A stretch of 33,382 bases of DNA from Thermoplasmata archaeon (GTDB taxonomy: Archaea > Thermoplasmatota > Thermoplasmata > GCA-020350865), in contig CP070751.1 of NCBI GenBank assembly GCA_020348445.1, positions 3,282,700 through 3,316,081 on the forward strand, written 5' to 3'. Both the position numbers and the translations under genes were made by a program. The notes under the pieces are model-generated. The model was given only the letters and a program-made list of their open reading frames with translations, had not been told where the DNA came from and searched no databases. The number at the start of each line of letters is the position of its first letter. Position 1 is the stretch's first letter. This document shows positions 1 through 9,437 of this stretch, piece after piece.

Positions 1-25
1 ATACCTTTCCCATACAATACCCTTC

Positions 26-75
26 TGACTAGCTTTCTCCATTGTGCATCCCACATAATGGGGAATGGCTAGTCA
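26..75. other. long imperfect hairpin / palindromic element
   Basis: tgactagc (26-33) pairs with gctagtca (68-75); ttctccatt (35-43) pairs with aatggggaa (57-65, one G-U); gtg/cac closes a 5-nt loop. Confidence 0.6.
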
Positions 76-135
76 CCTAAATTATTTTTACACAAAGCAG
101 TAAAACTCCCAAAGAAGAAATAGGAGGAAGAAAAT

Positions 136-3100
136 ATGAAGGAAATAGGAAAAATATTGAGTGTGTTGTTTTTTATGGCAATGATAGCTGTTGTTTTAAC
201 AACAATATCAATGAACGTGAGCGCCCAGGTAATAGTAACTGAGGAATGGGTGAAAAGAGATAATGGTCCAGATAATGGCGAAGATTGTGCAAATGCAATG
301 GTTGTTGACTCCTCTGGGAATGTACATGTTGCTGGTTATGGCTATAGAGGAGGGACAAGGGATTATCGTATTATCAAGTACGATACAGATGGCAATCTGA
401 TATGGGCGGATTATTATAACGGCCCTGGTAATAGTTATGATATTGCAACCGACATCGCCATTGACTCATCAGGGAATGTTCATGTAACCGGCTATAGCGT
501 TGGAAGCGGTGGGAATGCGGATTGGTACACAATTAAACGTACGCCAAATGGTTACGCTATCTGGGAAGCGAGGTACGATAATGGGAATTGGGAACAAGCT
601 TGGGCCTTAACCTTAGATTCTTCAGGAAACGTATATGTAGCTGGAAATGTAAAAGGTAGTAATTACGCTTGTTATGGGATAATAAAATATGATTCTTCAG
701 GGAACCTGCAATGGATTGCAACATATGATCCCCCAGAGAATACTGGTGGTGGAAGCCCCGAAGATATTGTTGTAGATTCATCTGGAAATGTTTATGTAAC
801 TGGTGATATGTGGTTCGGCCCTTGGGGCTCTCCAGATTGGAGTCCAGATTGGGTCACTATAAAATATGATTCGTCTGGTAATCAACAATGGGTGAAAATG
901 CATGGTGAGCTAGGTGAAGATGATTATGCCAAACGAATTGCTGTAGATTCTTCAGGAAATGTATATGTTTCGGGTGGGGAAGGTGGAGGTTTTGAGGATG
1001 ATTTTTGTACAATAAAATACGACCAAAATGGAAATCAGCTAAAAATTGCTACATACAATGGGCCAGCAGATGAGTGGGATTTCATAATTGACATGGTTTT
1101 GGATTCTTCTGCGAATGTTTATGTGACTGGGGGTAGTGATGGTATTGGAACTTCTAGTGACTATTGCACAATAAAATATGACTCAAACCTCAATGAACAA
1201 TGGAAAGTTAGATACGATGGCCCGGCAAGTGATTATGATAATCCTTTTGCATTAACCCTCGATTCGTCTGGAAATGTTTATGTGACAGGTTATTGTGAAG
1301 TCAGCTCCCCGGACTATGATTATACGACGATTGCTTATGATTCCTCAGGTAACCAACTGTGGATTATGACATACGATGGTCCAGGAAATGATCAGGATAG
1401 GCCATATGACATAGCGACTGACCCATCAGGAAATGTTTATATAACCGGGAGAAGCAAAGGAAGTGGAACAGATTTTGACATTTGTACGATAAAGTATTCC
1501 CAAAACCACCCCCCAACTGCGGAATTCACATGGTTGCCTACAACTCCAGATGAGGGTGAAATAGTCCAATTCACTGATTTGTCAACAGACTCCGATGGAA
1601 CTGTCGTTTCATGGTCTTGGGACTTTGGTGGGGTAGGAACCTCGTCGGACCAAAACCCTCAATTCACTTTCATGGATGATGGAGTTTATACTGTTACATT
1701 AACGGTTACAGATGATGATGGTGCCACAGATTCTGTTTCTCATACTGTAACTATTCTCGACTTAGCACCCACTGCTGAGTTTACATGGTCGCCTGATCCA
1801 CAGTATGAAGGGTCACCTGTCTCTTTCACCGACCTTTCAACCTCTTACCCGGATGATATCGTTAGCTGGAGTTGGGATTTCGGTGGGCTTGGCTCAAGCT
1901 CTCAACAGAGTCCACAATTCACATTTATGGATGAGGGTGTTTATACTGTTACATTAATTGTAACAGATGAAGATGGATCTACAGATTCCGTTTCTCATAC
2001 TGTAACTATTCTCGACCTAGGACCCACCGCAGAGTTTTCATGGTCGCCTGATCCACAGTATGAAGGATTACCTGTCTCTTTCAATGACCTTTCATCCTCT
2101 TACCCAGATAATATTGTTAGCTGGAGTTGGGATTTCGCTGGTCTAGGCTCAAGCTCTCAACAGAGTCCACAATTTACGTTTATGGACGACGGAATCTATA
2201 CTGTGACATTAATAGTAACAGATGATGATGGGTCTACAGACAGTATCTCACACGATATTACAATTGTAGACTTAGGTCCAGCAGCCGAGTTCTCATGGTC
2301 CCCTGAGCCTCAAGATGAGGGCTCACCTGTGCAGTTCAATGATCTTTCGACCTCTTATCCCGATGTCATTGTAAGCTGGGAATGGAATTTTGGGGATGGA
2401 GGGACAAGCTCCCTTCAAAATCCAAGTCATACATATGGAGATAACAGCGTTTATACCGTTACTTTAACCGTGACAGATGATGATGGCTCTACAGACGCAA
2501 TTTCACATGATATTACAATACTCAACGTAATCCCAACTGTTGATGCAGGCCCAGATCAAACAGTCAATGAAGGAGAAATAGTTACTTTCAGTGGAAGTTA
2601 CTCAGATCCTGGCTGGTTGGATACCCATACAATAGAATGGGATTTTGGAGATGGCGGTACTGCCAGTGGAACATTAACACCCTCTCATGCCTATGGAGAT
2701 AATGGTGTTTACACAGTTACATTGACGGTGACGGACGACGATGGCGGAATCGGAGTTGATACAATGACAGTTACAGTAAATAATGTCGATCCAATAGTAA
2801 ATGCAGGCCCAGATCAATCAGTCGATGAAGGAGAAACAGTTACTTTCAGCGGAAGTTTCACAGATCCTGGTTGGTTAGATACCCATACTATAGAATGGGA
2901 TTTTGGTGATGGCGGTTCTGACTCCGGTACATTAACGCCAACATATGTATATGGTGATAATGGATTATATGCCGTGACCTTAATAGTTACTGATGACGAT
3001 GGTGGAGTTGGGATTGATACTCTTTATGTAACAGTGCTCAATGTTATACCGACAATAGAGTCCTTTGGACCATTCACAATAAATGAAGGCTCACCAATAG

Positions 3101-4353
3101 CTATTACAGCGACCGCTAATGATCCTGGAAGTGATGATTTGACATTCACTTGGGAATTTGAACTAGGGCCGACTCTCATAAATATATATTTTAATGATGG
3201 AGTTGGACCAGATCCTTGGCAGAGCCCATGGGGAACATACCCATTTTCAGCTACAGACACTGTTCAACATACATATGGAGACGATGGAGTCTATGAGATC
3301 TCGTTGACTGTAGAAGACGATGATGGTGGTTTAATAACTTACATGACAACCATTACAGTAAATAATGTTCCAGCTACAATTGATCCATTTGGGCCGTTCA
3401 CAATAGATGAAGGTTCACCAATAACTCTTACAGCGATATCCACTGATCCAGGCAGCGATGACCTGACATTCATATGGGAATTTGAGCTTGGACCCACAAT
3501 AACGAATGTATATTACAACGATGGTATAGGACCAGACCCTTACCCAAGTCCAGAGGGAATATATCCATTTACAGTATCAGACATGATAGAACATATCTAT
3601 GGGGACAATGGAGTCTATTATGTCACCTTAACAGTGGAAGATGACGATGGGGGTGTATCCTTTTATCCAACAACAATAACAGTAAACAATGTCGCTCCAA
3701 CTGTAGAAGTCGAGGCCTATATGTTAGTAGATTTTACCCTTCGTGTTGCCGGTGAAAAATGGCATGATGTCCGTATGTATATTTACGCAGATGGTGTGGA
3801 AATCGGTTATGTCGCGATCATCCGAGAACCTGGAGACCCAGATGATCAGAGTAAGACTATATATGATGTTAAATGCGATGTTACAAAAACAATAACTGTT
3901 ACTGTTGAATATACGCCATGGGATGATCCACCAAATGGGCAATGGACAGGTGCTGATCCTTGTTGGGTAACTTTTACGTTTGAAGATGGAAGTGAAATAA
4001 CGCTACATCACAATTTCAATGTGAACCACCCGGGAACATATATATGGAACATAGACGTAAACCAATATTTTGTAGGTAAAGAAATAACATTTAAAGCCAC
4101 CGCAACAGACCCAGGTAGTGATGATTTGATATTCACATGGGAATTCGAACCTGGAGTAATTGTGGAGAACGTATATTTCAACGATGGCATAGGCCCAGAC
4201 CCATTTCAAAGTCCATGGGGAACCTACCCATTTCAAGTAATAGATATTGTAGAGTACACATTTCCATTTGCGAGCGATTATACAGTAACTCTAACCGTAG
4301 AAGATGATGATGGTAATGTGACGATATGTGTAATACAAGTGAAATTATCATAA
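136..4353 (+). CDS. secreted surface protein: 8 SBBP-type beta-propeller repeats followed by multiple PKD/Ig-like domains
   Basis: RBS aggagg at 122-127; N-terminal signal peptide; eight (I/V/L)xxD(S/P)SGNV(Y/H)V(T/A/S)G repeats; repeated PKD signatures W(S/E)W(D/N)FG(D/G)G...YTVTLTVTDDDG; no C-terminal anchor. Confidence 0.9.
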   Translation: MKEIGKILSVLFFMAMIAVVLTTISMNVSAQVIVTEEWVKRDNGPDNGEDCANAMVVDSSGNVHVAGYGYRGGTRDYRIIKYDTDGNLIWADYYNGPGNSYDIATDIAIDSSGNVHVTGYSVGSGGNADWYTIKRTPNGYAIWEARYDNGNWEQAWALTLDSSGNVYVAGNVKGSNYACYGIIKYDSSGNLQWIATYDPPENTGGGSPEDIVVDSSGNVYVTGDMWFGPWGSPDWSPDWVTIKYDSSGNQQWVKMHGELGEDDYAKRIAVDSSGNVYVSGGEGGGFEDDFCTIKYDQNGNQLKIATYNGPADEWDFIIDMVLDSSANVYVTGGSDGIGTSSDYCTIKYDSNLNEQWKVRYDGPASDYDNPFALTLDSSGNVYVTGYCEVSSPDYDYTTIAYDSSGNQLWIMTYDGPGNDQDRPYDIATDPSGNVYITGRSKGSGTDFDICTIKYSQNHPPTAEFTWLPTTPDEGEIVQFTDLSTDSDGTVVSWSWDFGGVGTSSDQNPQFTFMDDGVYTVTLTVTDDDGATDSVSHTVTILDLAPTAEFTWSPDPQYEGSPVSFTDLSTSYPDDIVSWSWDFGGLGSSSQQSPQFTFMDEGVYTVTLIVTDEDGSTDSVSHTVTILDLGPTAEFSWSPDPQYEGLPVSFNDLSSSYPDNIVSWSWDFAGLGSSSQQSPQFTFMDDGIYTVTLIVTDDDGSTDSISHDITIVDLGPAAEFSWSPEPQDEGSPVQFNDLSTSYPDVIVSWEWNFGDGGTSSLQNPSHTYGDNSVYTVTLTVTDDDGSTDAISHDITILNVIPTVDAGPDQTVNEGEIVTFSGSYSDPGWLDTHTIEWDFGDGGTASGTLTPSHAYGDNGVYTVTLTVTDDDGGIGVDTMTVTVNNVDPIVNAGPDQSVDEGETVTFSGSFTDPGWLDTHTIEWDFGDGGSDSGTLTPTYVYGDNGLYAVTLIVTDDDGGVGIDTLYVTVLNVIPTIESFGPFTINEGSPIAITATANDPGSDDLTFTWEFELGPTLINIYFNDGVGPDPWQSPWGTYPFSATDTVQHTYGDDGVYEISLTVEDDDGGLITYMTTITVNNVPATIDPFGPFTIDEGSPITLTAISTDPGSDDLTFIWEFELGPTITNVYYNDGIGPDPYPSPEGIYPFTVSDMIEHIYGDNGVYYVTLTVEDDDGGVSFYPTTITVNNVAPTVEVEAYMLVDFTLRVAGEKWHDVRMYIYADGVEIGYVAIIREPGDPDDQSKTIYDVKCDVTKTITVTVEYTPWDDPPNGQWTGADPCWVTFTFEDGSEITLHHNFNVNHPGTYIWNIDVNQYFVGKEITFKATATDPGSDDLIFTWEFEPGVIVENVYFNDGIGPDPFQSPWGTYPFQVIDIVEYTFPFASDYTVTLTVEDDDGNVTICVIQVKLS
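1501..2520 (+). repeat. intragenic tandem repeat, four ~255-nt PKD-coding units
   Basis: Units starting at 1741 and 1996 (catactgtaactattctcgac...) share long identical nucleotide runs; period 255 nt (85 aa). Confidence 0.85.
2543..3700 (+). repeat. two further intragenic repeat pairs (258-nt and 324-nt period)
   Basis: atgcaggcccagatcaa occurs at 2543 and 2801; GPFTI(N/D)EGSPI...DPGSDDLTF.WEFELGPT is encoded at 3067 and 3391. Confidence 0.8.
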
Positions 4354-4368
4354 TCGAATAGAAATATA

Positions 4369-4570
4369 GAACTTTTTAAAAGTTCAGTACATTGAAAGTT
4401 CATCGGAGATTTCAGCGATGGTTTTGTATATTGAATATTCTTTCTTCATATTTAGCAATTGAAGTGTAATTACGCGATGACCTCTCATAATTCATGATAA
4501 ACGATTAATAATTCGCGTTTATGACAGAATTAAATTTAGAAATATTAAATGATAGCTATTGTATCATTTA
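4369..4570. terminator. two inverted repeats between convergent genes (possible terminators or protein-binding sites)
   Basis: gaactttt-t-aaaagttc (4369-4385) and taaatgata-N7-tatcattta (4546-4570), each just downstream of one of the two convergent stop codons. Confidence 0.4.
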
Positions 4571-4593
4571 TCAAAAATAGATATTTATAATAT

Positions 4594-5997
4594 CTACATT
4601 TCATCAGAGTCATCCATGTCCGTTTCCTCTTCTTCCCTTTCTTCCTCCTCTTCCTCTTCTTCTTCTATTCCTTCGAACTCTGCCCCGCATGCTGGGCAAA
4701 CCGAAACCATCTCAGTGAATTCTTTACCACATGCTGGACACTCGAATTCTACTTCAGCTTCCTCTTCTGCTTCCTCCTCATCCATAGCCCCGCTGATATC
4801 GAACTTTATTTCGCCTTCTTCAGGTGCTGCTTCTTCCGCCTCTGCTGGTTTCTCCTCCTTTGGAGAATATTTGAAATCTAGTAAAAGTGCAATGAGAAGG
4901 AGAGCTCCGGCTAATATCGGGAGCATAAGTCCCAGAACATTCCATGTGATCCATTCGGGTTTTATGAATTCCACAAGGCTGATGAGGGTGTTGGCCCCCA
5001 CAACGAAGAATACTACACCCATTAAGTTGATTATTGATCCTGCTAAAAGTAAATGTCTTCTTTTTCTGTGCTGCAATAACACCAGCACTGTCGCGAGTCC
5101 GGTGACGATGATTCCGATTATTGTGACAGGAAAAGCAAGGACCATCAATACGATAGAAAAGGTCTGGCCTTGGGTTATGGGTATGATATTAACCATTATC
5201 TGCGGATGCTTTGTGGATGGGAAAGGTAGTCTTGGCCTGCTGGTGGTATCACCATATATATCAGTGAAGGTTATATTCACCTTGGCAATGATGCCTATCC
5301 TATCTCCCCAATCCCTTTCCACTGTGACAGAATGTTTGTACTCCACTGTTTCGTTGAGATCGGACAGGGTAGCTCCAGGTCTTGTGCTCCAGACCCTGTT
5401 AGGTGTGCTGGTGTACTCCCTTTTATCCTCGTCCCAGTCCTTGAATACCTCTATCCAGACCTCGTTTATTTTTATATTATCTACACCGTCCACCTCGATG
5501 AGCTTGATTGTAATTGTAATTTCCTGACCAATGCCCTCGGGCCACCAGGGGATAACGTCTGTGTGGGTATTTACATTCAACCTTGTATCATTGGTTCTGT
5601 CTGTTTGGGGATTTACCCAGTAATCGGCATCCTTTGTTGTGCCGTATAAAAAACCCACCAAATTCTGGAATCTTCCCAATCCCTCATAATAATATACGCT
5701 CTCTGATGGTATCGTGACATTTCTTCCGCCTGCTGTAATCCCGCCTATATCCACCAGGCCCCCAATAATGCCGCCGAAACCGCCAAGATCCTCCTCCACA
5801 GATGCCTTTGCCTCGTATTCTACTCTGGCCTCGTAGAATTCAGCATCCAGTTCGATATCGGCTATTCCACCTATTCCGGTCTTTGCGTTGAATTTAACCC
5901 AATAAACAGCCTGGGAAAGAATTGCTAATAGAATACTTAAAACGCAAAGAATAAGCAAAATGAGTTTAAGCTTCTTCTTTATAAAGGATTCAGCCAT
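4594..5997 (-). CDS. membrane protein with extracellular domain, several C-terminal TM helices, zinc ribbon and acidic tail
   Basis: N-terminal hydrophobic anchor; about 3 hydrophobic segments in the C-terminal third; CPACG-x9-CPACG; Glu/Asp-rich linker and tail. Confidence 0.85.
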   Translation of the reverse strand: MAESFIKKKLKLILLILCVLSILLAILSQAVYWVKFNAKTGIGGIADIELDAEFYEARVEYEAKASVEEDLGGFGGIIGGLVDIGGITAGGRNVTIPSESVYYYEGLGRFQNLVGFLYGTTKDADYWVNPQTDRTNDTRLNVNTHTDVIPWWPEGIGQEITITIKLIEVDGVDNIKINEVWIEVFKDWDEDKREYTSTPNRVWSTRPGATLSDLNETVEYKHSVTVERDWGDRIGIIAKVNITFTDIYGDTTSRPRLPFPSTKHPQIMVNIIPITQGQTFSIVLMVLAFPVTIIGIIVTGLATVLVLLQHRKRRHLLLAGSIINLMGVVFFVVGANTLISLVEFIKPEWITWNVLGLMLPILAGALLLIALLLDFKYSPKEEKPAEAEEAAPEEGEIKFDISGAMDEEEAEEEAEVEFECPACGKEFTEMVSVCPACGAEFEGIEEEEEEEEEREEEETDMDDSDEM

Positions 5998-6031
5998 ATC
6001 GATAACCTCTGTCCAGGTAACTACATAAATG

Positions 6032-6053
6032 TTATATAATAATTATTATATAA
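6032..6053. promoter_or_regulatory. perfect 22-bp palindrome with two TATA-like boxes; probable bidirectional promoter
   Basis: ttatataataattattatataa is its own reverse complement and lies ~30-35 nt from both divergent start codons. Confidence 0.65.
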
Positions 6054-6082
6054 GCCCTCTTATTAAAGGGAGAGATGCATAT

Positions 6083-6748
6083 TTGATAATTGATATCGTG
6101 CTTGTGATTTTCATTGCCATTATCGCCCTTGTTGCGGCGCGGTTTATCCCAACCGACGAGGATATCAAGAATAACGAAGCTGGTCTGTACAAATCGAAGA
6201 TAAAAATAATCTACATCGCCGGGGCAAGCTCCATTATCGTTGGTATTCTACTTCTTGTGTTCTATGCAATCTATGAGGACTACCAGCTGCTGATAAATCT
6301 GGGTAAAGTCGTGTTTCTTATGATAATCGGCATAGCCCTCATAAATATAAACTTCAAGAAAGCCAAGGCTGTGGCGGCTTTTGAAGGCACAGCACCCGCA
6401 GCTTCGGCACCTATCGAGGGTACCGCAGAGGCAGGTGTCGTCACTGCTACAAATGTAGCAACTGCAGCTCCTACCGCCCAGCCCCAAACAGTAACAGCCC
6501 AAGTCACCACTGCACAAGTGGCTCAGGCTCAGCCGGTGGTTCAGGCTCAGCCGCAAACCGCAATCCAGCGCCAGGTCCCAGCCCGCGCAGTCAAAACTCC
6601 CGTAGTCAAAACCCAACCAAAACAAATCCAACCCAAGATCATAAACATAAATTGTCCCAAATGCAAGGGGGCCATGCAGATAAACACTGCCATGTTGGGT
6701 CAGAAGATAAAATGCCCACACTGCGGTGTTGAGGGCAGGATAGGATAA
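6083..6748 (+). CDS. membrane protein with 3 TM helices, Ala/Gln/Pro/Thr-rich linker and C-terminal zinc ribbon
   Basis: Three hydrophobic segments; low-complexity linker; CPKC...CPHC at the C-terminus. Start moved to TTG 6083 (ggag at 6069-6072) because the track start 6029 lies in the promoter. Confidence 0.8.
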   Translation: MIIDIVLVIFIAIIALVAARFIPTDEDIKNNEAGLYKSKIKIIYIAGASSIIVGILLLVFYAIYEDYQLLINLGKVVFLMIIGIALININFKKAKAVAAFEGTAPAASAPIEGTAEAGVVTATNVATAAPTAQPQTVTAQVTTAQVAQAQPVVQAQPQTAIQRQVPARAVKTPVVKTQPKQIQPKIININCPKCKGAMQINTAMLGQKIKCPHCGVEGRIG

Positions 6749-6757
6749 ATACCAGAT

Positions 6758-8554
6758 CTAATCCTCTGAGAATGCACCCTGCAGTGCCGTTCCTTTTAGA
6801 TACAAAATACTGATGAGTCGACCGGTCTGGGCGTCAACACTTGCGCTTGCCATCGTGCCCCCCTCCAGCAAATCCTCTTTTGATAGTGTCCAGTAGTATT
6901 CAGAGGTTGTCTGGGTTTCGATCCCAGTGAGCGTTGCTATCATGTCCATGCCGAATGCGCTCCAACTGCTCACCTCAAGTGTGAAACCTGTTCCCTCCAC
7001 CTCTCCCCAGCTCAATTCATCATCTTCTATACCCGAAGGTCTCGTGTAGAAAAATTCAATGACCTTATCATCGGTCTTCATTATATTCTCACAGGAGGTC
7101 ATTGTTAAGGCGACAGAGTTTAATTCCCGGTTCATGAATGGAGACGTGCCGTTAATTATGCCATAATCCTCCTCTACTTCCCATTCATCATCATAATGCG
7201 GTTCGGGTACGAGAACAGATGTTGATGTCTGTTTGACCAGTAGCTGGTACCTGTAGGGGAGGTTCCTGCTGCTGGTTCCCCTGTCATCGTCAGTTCTCTT
7301 ATGCCCGAAAGTCAGATTCCACCAATACTCGCCCTGCTTCTTCTCAGGTTGGGGATCACCGGCTGTATCCTTTTCTGCACTGTACTCTGCACGGGTCACT
7401 ATAATATCGTCGTACGAGTCTAGGAAAGTTTTTAGGCCCGGGGAGGGGTATTCATTTGTGGCTGAATCTTTTGTCGTTAGGTATGCCATGGCGTCTTCAG
7501 GCTTGAAGTCGAAGCTCGATTCATCGAAACCGGAGCCTGACATCGGCATATAATTGCTGTACCATGATTCGAATTCACTAGTGGGATGCTGACTGTACCA
7601 GTGCGAACCGCCACATGTGTCCCATAGGATCTCTTTGTCTCCTGGGGTGAATCCATTGGCCTGAAGTGTGAAGTCATTTTCGATTATGAAATAGAATAAT
7701 ACTTCATCGTCTTCGTAATATGTCGATGTGACAATGTACTGCCTTACAGGCACAGAGACATCATTGGTATACCAGAGAGCCTCCTGGAAGGGAAGAGAGA
7801 AGTTCTCATCACCAAAATCGGTTGTGACGTTGATGAAGATCGTTTCATAGCCGGATATTATCTCACCCTGCTGGGCTTCCCACTGGTACTCTATGGACCA
7901 AAACTCTCCCATTGCGTAGTCGTAGGTGCCGTTATCCCCCAACTCAATGTATCTGTCATCCCCTAGGACTGATTCCTCCAGTGTCTCCTTATCCTCCTCT
8001 TCCGGATCAAAATAGCTGCGCATGTACCCATCAAATTCAAGGGGGATGTTGGTGTTTGGTAGTTCCTCCACCTTCAACCATGCATCGGCCTCGGTAAACA
8101 CTATCCTATCTTCACTCAGATCAGTATATTCATCTCTTTTGATATCGTACTCCCCATTTGCCGTTATGGGCTCGTCATCGCTACTGTCGGCATTTACAGT
8201 GAACTGAGCCCCTAGCTGCCTTTTGAGATACATCACATCGTGCTGCTCGCCAAAACCATCCTTCATTGTGGTGGTACCCACTATCTCGATATCCTGTGTA
8301 CCGCCCACATCCAGAGCCCAAAATGAATAATCCCCACTGGTTTTATTCTCATACCTGTATTCGATAAGAATCTCGTGATCATAATATATTTCGTCCCCTA
8401 ATCTAGGTTCTGGGACAGTAACAGACTTAATAGAGCTCATCTTACTATCCTCATTACCTCCTCCAAGAATATTTCCGCCTGTTAGCCTGTCATAGCCATC
8501 GACTGCCGTCATGGCCAAAACGACGACGCATAAAACTACAATTACCTTGTCCAT
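6758..8554 (-). CDS. exported acidic protein of unknown function
   Basis: 598-aa ORF with a signal-like N-terminus (MDKVIVVLCVVVLAMTAV); no recognisable family motif. Confidence 0.8.
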   Translation of the reverse strand: MDKVIVVLCVVVLAMTAVDGYDRLTGGNILGGGNEDSKMSSIKSVTVPEPRLGDEIYYDHEILIEYRYENKTSGDYSFWALDVGGTQDIEIVGTTTMKDGFGEQHDVMYLKRQLGAQFTVNADSSDDEPITANGEYDIKRDEYTDLSEDRIVFTEADAWLKVEELPNTNIPLEFDGYMRSYFDPEEEDKETLEESVLGDDRYIELGDNGTYDYAMGEFWSIEYQWEAQQGEIISGYETIFINVTTDFGDENFSLPFQEALWYTNDVSVPVRQYIVTSTYYEDDEVLFYFIIENDFTLQANGFTPGDKEILWDTCGGSHWYSQHPTSEFESWYSNYMPMSGSGFDESSFDFKPEDAMAYLTTKDSATNEYPSPGLKTFLDSYDDIIVTRAEYSAEKDTAGDPQPEKKQGEYWWNLTFGHKRTDDDRGTSSRNLPYRYQLLVKQTSTSVLVPEPHYDDEWEVEEDYGIINGTSPFMNRELNSVALTMTSCENIMKTDDKVIEFFYTRPSGIEDDELSWGEVEGTGFTLEVSSWSAFGMDMIATLTGIETQTTSEYYWTLSKEDLLEGGTMASASVDAQTGRLISILYLKGTALQGAFSED

Positions 8555-8711
8555 GTAAGCACCTCTGTTATGATAATGAACTGTATGACATTAGCAATAA
8601 TGGGCTTACCAGTATAAAAGAGTTTATATTACATGTATAAAAATTCACTGCTTCAGCAAAAAGTTTTATGAATTATACTTCATTGATGATATCTATAAGG
8701 AAAGTGTACAA

Positions 8712-9299
8712 ATGCAGGTTGCGGTAATCAAACCCGGAATCCTTGTTCGAAACAACGTAGGAATGATATTGCAGGCAAGCTCCACAGTGACTTTGATTTC
8801 TGGGGACGGACACAACATTATCGTGGATACAGGTGTTCCGGGAGAGGGAGACAATATACTTTCGGGTCTAGCTAATCACGGTCTTTCTCAGGAGGACATT
8901 GACATCGTAATAAACACACATCTTCACGGGGATCACATGGGAAACAATGCTTTATTTTTGAAGGCGAGGTTCATTGCTCACATTGATGAATTCCCGGCCC
9001 GACTCACAAATGTGATCGTTATTGAGGGGGATTATCAGGTAAGCGCGAACATAAAATTAATAGAAACACCGGGGCACACAAAAGGCAGTATTTCTGTGGT
9101 AGTAAATATCCCCGACGAATCCAAAACCTACGTAATCGCAGGTGACGCATTACCAATCAAGGACAATTATCTAAAATGGGTTCCTCCAGGTATCAACTTC
9201 AATCCAAAAATCGCGCTTGCGAGCATGAGAAAAATCATCCAACTTGCAGATTACGTGATTCCAGGTCATGAGGACATTTTTTCCGTCGCAAAAAGTTAA
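8712..9299 (+). CDS. metallo-beta-lactamase-fold hydrolase
   Basis: DTG, THLHGDH (HxHxDH), TPGHT, AGDA and PGH motifs in canonical order. Confidence 0.92.
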   Translation: MQVAVIKPGILVRNNVGMILQASSTVTLISGDGHNIIVDTGVPGEGDNILSGLANHGLSQEDIDIVINTHLHGDHMGNNALFLKARFIAHIDEFPARLTNVIVIEGDYQVSANIKLIETPGHTKGSISVVVNIPDESKTYVIAGDALPIKDNYLKWVPPGINFNPKIALASMRKIIQLADYVIPGHEDIFSVAKS

Positions 9300-9437
9300 A
9301 CAAAATTTTTACAATCGTAAAACGCCTAAGAAAAACTTTAGTACTTATTTTGCGATACACCTTCTCACACCAAATACTTGATGCACTCTTAGTTAAGTGG
9401 GCTCTAGGAAATGCATTGGTTTTGGGGGGAGGATGTA

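Noticed and set aside
136-4353. Diversity-generating retroelement template/variable repeats in the PKD gene
   Set aside because: Differences between copies are not confined to adenines, and no reverse transcriptase gene is present.
4384-4488. 34-aa minus-strand ORF (MRGHRVITLQ...)
   Set aside because: No RBS and no motif; its length is expected by chance.
4559-5527. 322-aa plus-strand ORF and the other short ORFs overlapping long genes (e.g. 10712-10927, 10936-11301, 14119-14370, 20130-20603, 21596-22129, 32755-33078)
   Set aside because: They are antisense or alternate-frame shadows of genes with clear motifs; the Ser-rich runs mirror Glu-rich codons on the other strand.
8712-9299. Functional link between the MBL hydrolase and cdc6
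   Set aside because: Only adjacency supports it; the 138-bp gap can hold its own promoter and the substrate cannot be inferred.
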